A stretch of DNA of 64,000 nucleotides from assembly GCA_963720765.1 (NCBI GenBank), contig CAVRGS010000013.1, positions 470,467 through 534,466 of the forward strand, read 5' to 3'. Made by a program: the position numbers and the translations under genes. The notes beneath the pieces were generated by a model that saw only the letters and a list, made by a program, of their open reading frames with translations, was not told where the DNA came from and did not search any database. Numbering within the stretch: position 1 is the stretch's first letter; every line of letters starts with the position of its first letter. Below are positions 45,802 through 56,311 of the stretch, in pieces. Origin of the DNA: an uncultured Actinomycetes bacterium. Its GTDB lineage: Bacteria > Actinomycetota > Acidimicrobiia > IMCC26256 > DASPTH01.

Positions 45802-47030
45802 ACCACCCCGTCCTTCGTGAGCTGCTCGATCTCTTCGTCGTCGAGGCCGAGGATCTCCGAGAAGACCTGCTGGTTGTGCTCGCCGAGGCACGGTCCACCG
45901 CGGGTGATGGACCAGTCGGTCTCCGAGAAGTGCAGCGGGATGCCGTCGACGCGCACGTCGCCCATCTCGGTGTGGTGCGCGGTGGGCCACAGGCCCCACT
46001 CGCTCGTGCCCGGGTCGTGGTCGATGCGGTCCTCCGGTCGCTGCACGGCCGTCGCAGGCACTCCTGCGGCGCGCAGCGACTCGGCGACCGCGAACCGGTC
46101 GCGTGCACGCGTCCACTCGGCGATGCGGGTGTCGAGGGCGTCCTGCACCGCGGCCCGCTCGGCGAGCGTGTCGTTGCGCGGATCGGTGGCCCACGGTTCA
46201 CCGATGACCGCGGCCATGCGTTTCCAGTCGTCGTCGTCGCGGCAGGCGATCGCGACCCAATTGTCGTCGCCTTCTGACGGGTAGATGCCGTGCGGGACGC
46301 GCAGCGGTGCGTGGCTGCGGTTGGAGTGGGGCTCGCCGTCGCGCCGGAGCGGCCGACGGTTGACCGTGTAGTCGAGGAGATCGGGGCCGACCAACGTGGT
46401 GCCGGCCTCGGTGCACGACATGTCGATCCACTGGCCCTCACCGGTGCGGTTGCGGTGCACCAGCCCGGCCAGGATCGCCACCGCCATGATGTCGGCACCC
46501 ATGTGGTCCATGTACGAGTACCCCCAGCCTGCGGGCGCTTCTCCGGGCAGCCCGGAGCTGAACGTCAGCCCGGCGACGGCCTGCACGATCGGACCCCACG
46601 TCTTGAACGAGGTGTTGGGACCCCACGCGCCGAACCCAGAGTTCGAGACGTACACGATGTCGGGCTTGATCGCCCGCAGCTCGTCGTAGGCGAAGCCCAT
46701 GCGGGCCATCACCCCGGCCGCGAAGTTCTCGGTGACGACGTCGGACACCGCGACGAGCGCGCGCAACAACTGCTTGCCGCGCTCCTCACGCAGGTTGAGC
46801 GTGATGCCGAGCTTCTCGACGTTGTGGTTGTTGAAGCCGCTGCCGAACTCGATGCCACGCCGGTCGTCGACGAACGGTCCTGCGCCACGCACGATGTCCC
46901 ACGTGCCCTGCTTCACCGGGTCTTCCACTCGGATCACCTGCGCGCCGACGGTCGCGAGGTATCGGGTCGCGCCCGCGCCGGCGAGTTGGCCGCTCAGGTC
47001 GCAGATGCGAATGTGGGAGAGCGCACCCAC
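45798..47030 (-). CDS. Family III CoA-transferase (CaiB/BaiF family)
   Basis: GTG 47030 directly abuts the P450 stop. ...IRICDLSGQLAGAGATRYLATVGAQVIRVEDP.... Intact 410 aa. Confidence 0.88.
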   Translation of the reverse strand: MGALSHIRICDLSGQLAGAGATRYLATVGAQVIRVEDPVKQGTWDIVRGAGPFVDDRRGIEFGSGFNNHNVEKLGITLNLREERGKQLLRALVAVSDVVTENFAAGVMARMGFAYDELRAIKPDIVYVSNSGFGAWGPNTSFKTWGPIVQAVAGLTFSSGLPGEAPAGWGYSYMDHMGADIMAVAILAGLVHRNRTGEGQWIDMSCTEAGTTLVGPDLLDYTVNRRPLRRDGEPHSNRSHAPLRVPHGIYPSEGDDNWVAIACRDDDDWKRMAAVIGEPWATDPRNDTLAERAAVQDALDTRIAEWTRARDRFAVAESLRAAGVPATAVQRPEDRIDHDPGTSEWGLWPTAHHTEMGDVRVDGIPLHFSETDWSITRGGPCLGEHNQQVFSEILGLDDEEIEQLTKDGVV

Positions 47031-48255
47031 TCAACGCACCCGCATGGGCACCGACGTGTAGCCCCGCACGGTCGAGGTGTGGATGCGCTCGAGCTTGCTC
47101 TCGTCGATCTCCCACGCGGGGTAGCGCTTCAGGGTCTCGTGCAGCGCGACGCGACCTTCGAGGCGCGCCACCGCAGCGCCGATGCAGAAGTGCGCGCCGT
47201 ACCCGAACCCGAGTTGGCGGTCGATGTCTCGGTGGATGTCGAAGCGGTCGGGGTCGGGGAAGTGGCGCTCGTCGCGGTCGGCCGAGCCGTTGAGCAGCGA
47301 GATGCGCGCACCGCTGCGGGATGGTCACGCCGTGCACCTCGACGTCGCGCGCAACCCACCGCGACTGCACTGGCGACGGTGCCTCGTAGCGCAGCAGCTC
47401 TTCGACCGCGTTGCCGAGGAGCGACGGGTCGTCGACCAGCTCCTGGCGCTGGTCGGGGTGTTGCGCCAGCGTGACCGCGCCGAAACCGAGCAGACGGGCG
47501 ACGGTCTCGGTACCCGCCAGCGAGATGAGCTGCACGAACCCGAGGATCTCCTCGAGCGTGAGCGTGCGGGTCCTCCCGTCCTCCTCGATCTCCGCGTGCA
47601 CGAGGCCGGTGAGGAGATCGTCCTGCGGATCGTTGCGCCGTTGCTCCATGAGCTCGGGGATGATCGCGAACGCCTCCTGGCCGATCTCGCCGTTCTCCTG
47701 CACCATCGACGACATCGACGCCATGCCGCCCTGATGGGTGTCGCCTTCTTCGACGTGGAGCGTCTTGGTGGCGAGCTCGCGGAACGTGGCCGCGTACCCC
47801 TCGGGGTACCCGACGAGGGCGAGGATGACGGTGGGCGGGAGCAGTCCGGCGAACGCACCGATGTAGTCGAACTCGTCTTCGTCCTGCACCGTGTCGAGGA
47901 ACATGTTGCAGAGCTCGCGGACGCGACGCTCGAGGTCGGAGATGGCGCGGGGCGTGAACGCGCGGGCGACGAGCTTCCGCAGGCGAGTGTGCGCCGGCGG
48001 GTCCTTCATGATCATCATCTCGATGTTCTCGTAGGGCTCCGGCGTGATCATCTCGAGGACGATGCCGTGCCCGGACTTGAAGGTGTCGGTGTCGACCAGG
48101 CCGTTGAGGACGTCGTCGTACCGACTCAGTGCGTAGAAGTCGTGCTGCTCGTTGTAGTAGAGGGGTGCCTCGTCACGCAGCCGACGCCAGACCGGATAGG
48201 GGTCGGCGTCGATCGCGTAGTCCCACGGGTCGTAGTACACCTCGGTGGCGGTCAT
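47031..48255 (-). pseudogene. Cytochrome P450 with one frame break before the heme-binding loop
   Basis: I-helix AGTETV and EELLRYEAP (ExxR) are in frame 46786..48255. After a +1 step near 47318, the remainder reads ISLLNGSADRDERHFPDPDRFDIHRDIDRQLGFGYGAHFCIGAAVARLE...VPMRVR-stop (TGA 47033-47031), which includes the Cys-ligand loop FGYGAHFCIG. Confidence 0.88.
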
Positions 48256-48276
48256 GATCCGAGCGTACGCGAGTCG

Positions 48277-50596
48277 TCAGCCGGTGATGGCCCGAACGAT
48301 CGTGTCGGGGTCGAGGGGTTGGTCGGTGACGATCACGCCGTGCTGCGCGAGCGCGTCGGCGATCGCGTTGAACACCGCGGCGGGTGCGGCGATGGCGCCA
48401 CCTTCCCCAACGCCCTTGTACCCTCCGACGGTGGCGGCGGGGGACTCGATGTGGAACGTGTCGATCGCCGGGATCTCGTGCACGGTCGGGAGCAGGTAGT
48501 CCATGAAGGTGGATGCCAGCGGGTTGCCGTCGTCGTCGTAGACGTTGTGCTCGTAGAGCAGTCCGCCGATGCCCTGGGCCACGCCGCCGTGCACCTGCCC
48601 GTCGACGATGTTGGGGTTGATCATCCGGCCGCAGTCTTCGGACACGACGTATCGGAGGATCTCCACCTTTCCCGTCGTCGGGGTCGACCTCGACCGTGAC
48701 CCCGTGTGCGGCGTTCGACCACATGTTGGTGGGGGCGACGCTGCGGTGCACGACCTCGAGCGTGCGGTCGAGCTCCGGCGGCAGCGTGCCCGACTGCTGG
48801 TACGCGGCCCATGCCACCTGCTGCACCGGCACCGACTTCGTGGGCGTGCCCTTCACCGACACCGTGCCCTCGGCGACCTCGAGGTCGTCCGGTGACGCCT
48901 CGAGCAGGTGGGCGGCGATGGCGACGACCTTCTCACGGAGGAGGAGCGACGCCTCGGTGACCGCCTGCCCGATCATCGGACCGCTGCGGCTGCCCCCGGT
49001 GCCCGGTCCGAACGGGGCGCTGTCGGTGTCGCCCTGGCGCACGGTGACGTCGACGTAGTCGACGCCCAGGTTCTCGGCCACGAGCTGCGCCGTTGTGGTC
49101 TCGAGGCCCTGGCCGTGCGCGCCGGAGCCGATGAACACGTCGACGCGTCCGTCGGGGTGCATGCGGATGTTCGCGGGATCGGTGGCGTAGGCGCCCACGT
49201 TGGTCTGTGGCTCGACGTAGACCGCCAGCCCGACGCCGAGGTAGCGACCTTCGGCGGTGGCCTTCACCTGTTCGGCGCGGAACGCGTCGTAGTCGAGCTC
49301 CTCGGCCACCTGGTCGAGCGTCTCGGCGGGCGTGACGAACTCGATGCTCATGCCGCCCGGGCACATGTAGGGGAGGTCGGACGTCTGGAGGATGTTGCGC
49401 CGGCGGAACTCGAGCGGGTCGAGGCCGATCTCGCGCGCGACGCGGTCCATCATCTCTTCGCGCGCGGTGGTCTCCATCATCCAAGGACCGCGGTACGCCG
49501 CACTCCCGCACGTGTTGGTGTACACCGTCGTGCTCGACCAGCCGAGGTGCGCCACCTTGTAGGGGCCGGTGAACAGCATGCCGACGAGCGGTCCCGCGGA
49601 ACCGCCGGGCATCGGGAACGCGCCGGAGTCGTCGAAGTGCGCGATGTCGCACGCCTGGATGATGCCGTCGGCGTCGACGCTCATCGTGACGTCGACGCGC
49701 TCCTGGCGCGCGTGTGCCGACGCGATCAGGTTCTCGCGGCGATCCTCGGTCCACTTGACCGTCGCGTTGAGCATGTGCGCGGCCATGACGACGGAGATCT
49801 CGTCGCGGCCGACGAACGACTTCAGGCCGAAGCCACCGCCGACGTCGCCGATCTGCACGCGGACGTTGTTCTCGGGGACGCCGGTCGCGCGCGAGAACAC
49901 CAGACGGGCCTCGTGCGGGTTCTGGCTCGCGTGCCACACGTCGAGCCGCTGGTCGAACGGCTCCCAGCGCGCGGTGACGGCACGGCACTCCATCGGCACC
50001 GCGCTGTAGCGGTGCTGCACGAAGCTCTCCGACACCCTGTGGGTCGCTCCGTCGAGGGACTCGCGCCCTTCGTCACTCAGTGGGACGGCCATCTCCATCA
50101 AGACGTTGTTGGCGCGGTTGGGATGGATCAGGTCGTCGCCCGCCAGCGCGGCGTCGTAGGTCAGGATGGGGCTGAGCGGCTCGTAGTCGACCTCGACCAG
50201 CTCGGCTGCGTCCTCCGCGATGTAGCGGCTCTCGGCGACGATGAGCGCGATGGGGTCGCCGACGAAGCGGACGTCGTCGATCGAGAGCGGGAACATCGGC
50301 GCCATGAACTCTTCCGCGCCCTGGAACATCGACGGGTACATCGACACCGCGACGCGCGGGTTCATCTCCTCGCCCGTGAGCACCGCGACCACACCGGGGA
50401 GCTCGCGCGCTGCGCTCACATCGAGGTGCGTGATCTTCGCCCGGGCGAGGTCGCTGCGCACGAAGTGTGCGTGCAGCATGCGCGGGAGCTCGACGTCGTC
50501 GGTGTAGCGGCCCCGACCGGTGAGCAGGCGCGGGTCTTCCTTGCGGAGCACGGCTTGCCCGACGAAGCGGCCCGCAGTGTGCGTGGGTGCGGTCAT
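48277..50596 (-). pseudogene. Xanthine dehydrogenase / CO dehydrogenase family molybdopterin-binding large subunit with one frame break
   Basis: N-terminus GRFVGQAVLRKEDPRLLTGRGRYTDDV and IGDVGGGFGLK motif. After a +1 step near 48685, the C-terminus continues as KVEILRYVVSEDCGRMINPNIVDGQVHGGVAQGIG...GVGEGGAIAAPAAVFNAIADAL (track ORF 48277..48666). Confidence 0.88.
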
Positions 50597-50942
50597 GCGG
50601 ACGCGCTGCGAGGCGGTCGCGCACCCACTGGAGACTGTTCGGCTTCTTGTCCATCGCCCCTTCCCATCCGGCCAGGAGCCGGTCGACGGTGGCGCGCTCG
50701 GCCACGACGCCGAGGATCTCGACCGTCACCGCTTCCGTGGGCAGGTCGTCGACCCGGGTGTCGCCGAACGGGTCCATCTCCACCGAGCCGGCTGGCTCGG
50801 CCATCGCGTAGAGCTCGCCGGTCGCCGCGACCCACGAGAGCTCGGTGCGCATCCCGTTGGCGTCGGACCATTCGCGGCCGAACTCGATCTCCTCCGACTC
50901 TCGTCGTCGGGGATCGGCGTCGTAGAACTCTTCGATGTCCAT
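50593..50942 (-). pseudogene. Small acidic hypothetical protein with its 3' end probably frame-shifted
   Basis: ATG 50942 (MDIEEFYDADPRRRESEEIEFGREWSDANGMRTELSWVAATGELYAM...). This frame has no stop before running into the Mo-hydroxylase gene. A neighbouring frame ends in TGA at 50593-50595, overlapping the Mo-hydroxylase ATG (ATGA). Confidence 0.45.
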
Positions 50943-50944
50943 GG

Positions 50945-51826
50945 TCACCTTCGTGTGAGACCCACCAGGGCTGGTGCGAGTGCCCGCCATTCTGCCCGGG
51001 GGAAGTCGGTGCGCTCGGCACCGGTGACGGCCTGGACGCACACGTGGTCGGCGCCGGCGTCGAGGTGGGCCTGCACCCGGGCCGCGATGGTGGCCTCGTC
51101 GCCCCACACCACCACGTGGTCGACCAGCCGGTCGCTGCCGCCGTCGGCGAAGTCGTCCTCGCCGAAGCCGAGCCGCCGCCAGTTGTTCACGTAGTTCGGC
51201 AGCTGGAGGTAGACGCTGAGGCCCTCCCGCGCCACGGCGCGGGCCTTGTCGGCATCGGTCTCGAGCACGACGTGCTGCTCGGGAGCGAGCAGCGGACCGT
51301 CGCCCAGCTCGGCGCGGGCAACGTCGGTGTGCTCCGGCGTGACCAGGTAGGGGTGCGCGCCGCGAGCACGGTCGCGGGCGAGCCCGAGCATCTTCGGGCC
51401 GAGCGCGGCGAGCACGCGTCGTTCGGGCGGCACCGTGGGGGTGACCTCGTCGAGCTCGTCGAGGTAGGCGCGGGTCTTGGCCAGCGGCTTGGTGTACTCG
51501 CCCGGATGGCTGGTGTCGATGAGCAGGTGATGGCTCACCCCGATGCCGAGCAGCGTGCGACCGGCGAAGTCGTCCTCCAACGCCGCGAAGCCCTCACCGA
51601 CGTGCGCGGCGCCGTGCATCCAGAGGTTGAGGATGCCGGTGGCGGCGACGAGCGTGGTGGAGGCGTCGAGGAGCTCTCGCAGGGCGCCGAACACGTCACC
51701 GCCCACATCGGGGATCCACGCCGCGGTGTACCCGAGCGATTCGAGCTCGGCCACCGCCTCGCGCTTCTCGCCGTCGTCGCCGTAGCGCAGCTCACCGCTC
51801 CAGATGCCGATGCCGCCGAGGTCCAT
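50945..51826 (-). CDS. Luciferase-like (LLM class, probably F420-dependent) oxidoreductase
   Basis: ATG 51826 (MDLGGIGIWSGELRYGDDGEKREAVAELESLGYTAAWIPDVGG...). Intact 293 aa. First gene of the long minus-strand cluster. Confidence 0.82.
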   Translation of the reverse strand: MDLGGIGIWSGELRYGDDGEKREAVAELESLGYTAAWIPDVGGDVFGALRELLDASTTLVAATGILNLWMHGAAHVGEGFAALEDDFAGRTLLGIGVSHHLLIDTSHPGEYTKPLAKTRAYLDELDEVTPTVPPERRVLAALGPKMLGLARDRARGAHPYLVTPEHTDVARAELGDGPLLAPEQHVVLETDADKARAVAREGLSVYLQLPNYVNNWRRLGFGEDDFADGGSDRLVDHVVVWGDEATIAARVQAHLDAGADHVCVQAVTGAERTDFPRAEWRALAPALVGLTRR

Positions 51827-51920
51827 GCCGCCATCCTTCTCCAAGTTGCGTGACTCGAGCACATCTGGTGTGCCCGATCCACGCAACCTCGCCGCGTTGG
51901 ATCCCGGTAGGGTCACGCGC

Positions 51921-52651
51921 ATGAGCGATTTCAGCGGGAAGCAGGCCGTCGTGACCGGCGCGGCGTCGGGGATCGGGCGGGCCACGGCCAAGGCGCTGGC
52001 CGATGCGGGCGCCACGGTGACGTTGCTCGACGTGAACGACGAGCTCGGTGCGAGCGCCGCCGAGGCCGCGGGCGGCACCTACGTGCACCTCGACGTATCC
52101 GAGCCCGAGGCATGGCGCGAGCTCTACGGCACGCTCGACCAGCTCGATCTGCTGCACCTCAACGCCGGGATCTACGACATCGCGCTCACCGACATCACCC
52201 AGATCTCCGACGCCCGCTACCGCGCCTACACCGGCGTGAACCTCGACGGCGTGTTCTTCGGGTTGCGAGAGGCGATCCCACTGCTCGAGCAGTCGAACGG
52301 ATGCCGTCGTGGTGACGTCGTCGATGGCAGGATTGATCCCGCTACCGGGAAACCCGCTGTACGCGGCGACCAAGTGGGCGCTGATCGGGCTGGTGCGCAG
52401 CGTCCACGGCGACCTCGAGCGCCGCGGGATCCGCATCAACGCGCTGTGTCCCGGGCGCGGTGGCGACGCCGTTGATGGGTGAGGACCCCCACGCGTTCTT
52501 CGACCAGATCGGCGTGCCCTCGTTCGAACCCGAGGTCCTCGCGGGCACGGTGGTGGATCTCCTGGCCTCCGACCGCAGCGGTCAGGCGGTGCTGCACCGT
52601 CCACCGGGCGAGCCCGAGGTCTTCGAGTTCGCGAGGCTGCCGGAACGCTGA
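51921..52651 (+). pseudogene. SDR family oxidoreductase with two frame breaks
   Basis: AVVTGAASGIGRATA is in frame 51804. AVVVTSSMAGLIPLPGNPLYAATKWALIGLVRS...INALCPG is in the +1 frame. AVATPLMGEDPHAFFDQIGVPSFEPEVLAGTVVDLLAS... is in the +2 frame (track ORF 52460..52651). Breaks near 52301 and 52455. Confidence 0.8.
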
Positions 52652-52653
52652 CG

Positions 52654-53446
52654 GTGCCGGCGGGCGGCGCGGACGACAGCGTGGACGACAGCGTGACACC
52701 GCGGCTTCGCATCCGGGGGCTCGACGCGGGCTACGGCCGGGTGCAGGTGCTCTTCGGGCTCGACCTCGACGTCGCGCCCGGCGAAGCGGTCGCGGTCCTC
52801 GGCACCAACGGCGCAGGCAAGACCACTTTGCTGCGCGCGATCAGCGGCCTGCTGACGCCCACCGCGGGCAGGATCGAGCTCGACGGCGACGACCTCGCGC
52901 GCGTCGGCGCGGAGGCGCGTGCTCGGCGCGGCATCGTGCAGGTGCGCGGTGCCGACGTGTTCGCCGGGCTCACGGTCGACGAGAACCTGCGCGCCGCGTT
53001 GGTCGCGCATCCCGAAGCCCGTCGCGACGCGGCGGCGCGCATCGCGCACGTCTACGACGTGTTCCCCGCGCTCGCCGCGCACCGCAAGCAGGACGCGGCG
53101 TCGCTCTCCGGTGGCGAGCAGCAGATGGTGGCGCTGGGGTGCGCACTGTTGTTCGAGCCGACGGTGCTGCTGGTCGACGAGCTCTCGCTCGGACTCGCGC
53201 CGCTCGTGGTGCAGCGCCTGCTCGACGTGCTCGACGCATTGCGCGCCGACGGCCAGACCATGGTGGTGGTCGAGCAGTCGCTGGCGATCGCGGCTCGCCT
53301 CACCGACCGTGTCGTGTTCGTGGAGAAGGGCACCATCCGCTTCGACGGATCGCCGGCCGATCTCACCGCCGACGACGAGCTGGCCCGGGCGGTGTTCCTC
53401 GGCGGACCGGCGCGTGGCGAACCGCGTCGGAGGCGGCGCCACGTGA
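52654..53446 (+). CDS. Branched-chain amino acid (HAAT family) ABC transporter ATP-binding protein, LivF-like
   Basis: Walker A GTNGAGKTTLL, signature LSGGEQQMVAL, Walker B LLVDELSLGLAP, ending ...RAVFLGG. As sequenced, the frame reads on into the permease. A TGA at 53444-53446 in the +1 frame overlaps a GTG at 53443, so the end is assigned on that basis. Confidence 0.72.
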
Positions 53447-55458
53447 TCACGCTCCACGGCTGGGACATCAGCCAGCAGATGCTGCTGAGCGGCGTCGTGC
53501 AGGGCCTCGCCTACGCGGTGCTGGGCGCGGGCATCGTGCTCGTGTACCGCGCCAGCGGCGTCATCAACTTCGCGGTGGCCGCGTTCGGCACCACCGCGCT
53601 GGCGTTCATGGCCGTGCTGCTCGGCGGGGGAGTGGCCGACTGGCACCCACCGTTCTGGGTCGCAGCGGTGCTGGCGACGATCGCGGCCGCACTGGCGGGC
53701 TCGCTGGCCGAGTGGGCCGTCATCCGCCGCCTCGCCGACGCGCCCCGGCTCGTGGTGCTGGTGGCGACGATCGGGATCGCGCAGGTGCTGCTGCTCGTCG
53801 CGCTGGTGCTGCCCGACGTGCTCGCCGGCGGCTTCTTCCCGCCGTTGCTCGACTGGACGTGGACCGCCAGCCCGGAGCTGCTGGTGCAGGGGCGCGACTG
53901 GAGCGTGCTCGTCGTCATCCCGGTACTGGTGTTGCTGCTGGGCGTGTTCCTCACCCGCACGCGCATGGGGCTGATGGTGCGAGCGTCGGCGGCCAACCCC
54001 GACAAGGCGCGCCTCGTGGGCATCCGCGTGTTCCGCACCGCCAACGTGGTGTGGGCGATCTCGGCCGCGCTCGCCGCGGTGGCGGCGATCGCGCTGGCGC
54101 CGGTGCGCGGCGTGTCGCTGGCCGGTGCGGCTGCTGGCGGTGGTGCGCTGAGCTACCAGTTGCTGCTGCGCGCGCTGGTGGTCGCGCTGGTCGCGCGGAT
54201 GCGCTCGTTGCCGATCGCGCTGGTGGCCGGCATCGCGGTCGGGATCGTCGAGGTGATCCTGCAGCAGAACGTCGACCCGAGCGACCTCGGCGTCACCGAG
54301 CTCTGGTTGTTCGTGGCGACGCTCGTGATCGTGCTCGTGTTCTCACGGTTGTCGCAGCGGTCGGGGCAAGGTGGCATCGACGACGGCGGATGGAAGGTCA
54401 CTGCGTCGACCCCCGTGCGCGCGGTCGACGCCGACGGACCGTGGTGGGCGCGGCACCTCGGTCGCATAGGTGTGGTCGCGCTCTTCGCCGCGCTGGTGCT
54501 GATCCCGGTGTTCTTCTCGCGCGCGTCGGAGTCGTTCCTCTGGACCCGGGTGTTGATCTTCGCCATCGCCGGCTGCTCGCTCACCATCCTCACCGGGTGG
54601 GCGGGCCAGGTGTCGCTCGGGCAGTTCGGCTTCGCCGCGGTCGGCGGGCTCGTCACCGTCAAGCTGGTCGGCGACGACGGCTTCCTCGGGCTCCACCACC
54701 TGCCGTGGGGCGTGGCGGTCGCGATCGGCGTGATCGTGGGCGGCGGCGGTCGCGGTGCTCATCGGGCTGCCCGCACTGCGCATCCCCGGTCTCTACCTCG
54801 CGGTGACCACCCTGGCGTTCGCGGTGTTCGTGTCGGTGTGGCTGGTCGCGCAGGGGACGTTCCTCGACGCCAGCGGGCTGCTGCCCACGCTGGCCAAGCC
54901 CGACGCCGGGGTCGTCGACTTCGCCTCGCGCCGCTCCTACTACTACCTGTGTCTTGCGTTCCTGCTCGCGTGCGTCGCGCTGGTCGCGCAGTTGCGCCGC
55001 ACGGGGATCGGCCGGTCCGTGATCGCGGTGCGCGACAACCCGGCGTCGGCCGCGGGCATGACCATCTCGACCACACGCATGAAGCTGCTCGCGTTCGCGG
55101 TGTCGGGCGGCATGGCCGCGCTCGCCGGGCTGCCTGCTGGTGACGTTGCTGCCGAGCAACACGCCGGCGGTGACGTTCGCGCCCGAGGAGTCGGTGAAGG
55201 TCGTCGCCATCGTCGTGATCGGCGGGCTGGGCGCGTTCGTGGGTCCCGGTGCTCGGCGCGCTGTGGGTCGTGGGCGTGCCCGCGATCTGGCCCGACGAAC
55301 CGATCGTGCCCTTCCTCGTGTCGGGCATCGGCATCCTCGCCATCCTGCTCTTCGCCCCCGGCGGCTTCGCCGGCATCCTCCGCACCCTCGAGATCCTGGC
55401 TCCTGCGCCGCTCATCGCGAGGGTGCGTCAGTGCGCCCCGTACATGGACGTCACGTGA
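53443..55458 (+). pseudogene. Fused LivH-like + LivM-like HAAT-family ABC permease with three frame breaks
   Basis: The LivH-like part (ISQQMLLSGVVQGLAYAVLGAGIVLVYRASGVINFA...) continues without a stop, through a ~40-aa linker, into a LivM-like part (...LTILTGWAGQVSLGQFGFAAVGG...). Later segments lie in track ORFs 54755, 55140 and 55249, ending MDVT-stop at 55458. Breaks near 54740, 55130 and 55245. Confidence 0.7.
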
Positions 55459-55489
55459 CGCAGCCGCGAGGGGGGACGGCGCTCGCGGC

Positions 55490-56311
55490 GTGCCTCCCGG
55501 AGGCGACTGGCTGGTCGCGACGGGGATGACGGTGCGGTTCGGCGGGCGGGTCGCGGTCGACCACGTCGACCTGCGGGTGGGTGCCCGCGAGCTGGTCGGA
55601 CTCATCGGCACCAACGGTGCGGGGAAGAGCACGCTCATGAACGCGATCGGCGGTTTCGTGCCTGCCGACGGTCAGGTCGAGGTGCTCGGGCGCGACGTCA
55701 CCGCGTTGGCCGCCTACCGGCGGCACCGGCTCGGTCTCGGGCGCACGTTCCAGGCCGCGCGTCTGTACGACGACCTCACCGTGCGCGAGACGGTGATGGT
55801 CGCGCTCGAAGCGCGTGAGCGTTCGCGCGTCGTGCCGTCGATGCTGCACGTCCCGCCGTCGCCGCGGGCGGAGCGACGCAAGCGGGCCGAGGCCGACGAA
55901 ATCCTCGCCGCGCTCGGACTCGGCGACACCGCCGACCAACCCGCCGCCGCGCTGTCGACCGGCACCCGGCGGCTGGTCGAGCTCGCCGGGCAGGTCGCGC
56001 TCGGTGCCCGCGTGGTGCTGCTCGACGAGCCGACTGCCGGACTCTCCCAGCACGAGACCGAAGCGTTCGGTCCACGACTGCGCGACATCCAACGCGACCT
56101 CGACGCCGCGGTGCTGCTCATCGAGCACGACATGCCGTTGGTCATGTCGGTGAGCGACCGCGTCTACTGCCTCGAGGCCGGACTCGTGATCGCGGAGGGG
56201 AGCCCGGCCGAGGTGCGCGCCGATCCGCTGGTGATCGCGAGCTACTTGGGTGTCGACGCCGGCACGACTCCGAACCCGGCGGTGCCACCACCCGGAACGC
56301 ACCGCGCATGA
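55490..56311 (+). CDS. Branched-chain amino acid (HAAT family) ABC transporter ATP-binding protein, LivG-like
   Basis: Start tentatively GTG 55490 (VPPGGDWLVATGMTVRFGGRVAVDHVDL...). Walker A GTNGAGKSTLMN, GLGRTFQAARLYDDLTVRETV, signature LSTGTRRLVELA, Walker B VLLDEPTAGL. Confidence 0.78.
   Translation: MPPGGDWLVATGMTVRFGGRVAVDHVDLRVGARELVGLIGTNGAGKSTLMNAIGGFVPADGQVEVLGRDVTALAAYRRHRLGLGRTFQAARLYDDLTVRETVMVALEARERSRVVPSMLHVPPSPRAERRKRAEADEILAALGLGDTADQPAAALSTGTRRLVELAGQVALGARVVLLDEPTAGLSQHETEAFGPRLRDIQRDLDAAVLLIEHDMPLVMSVSDRVYCLEAGLVIAEGSPAEVRADPLVIASYLGVDAGTTPNPAVPPPGTHRA

Noticed and set aside
52654-55458. Literal reading of track ORF 52654..55143 as one 829-aa ATPase-permease-permease fusion.
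   Set aside because: A TGA overlapping a GTG (53443-53446) in the +1 frame gives the usual coupled stop-start, and +1 insertions are rampant in this segment. I keep the ATPase separate. I retain the H-M permease fusion as an open question, because no alternative stop exists there.
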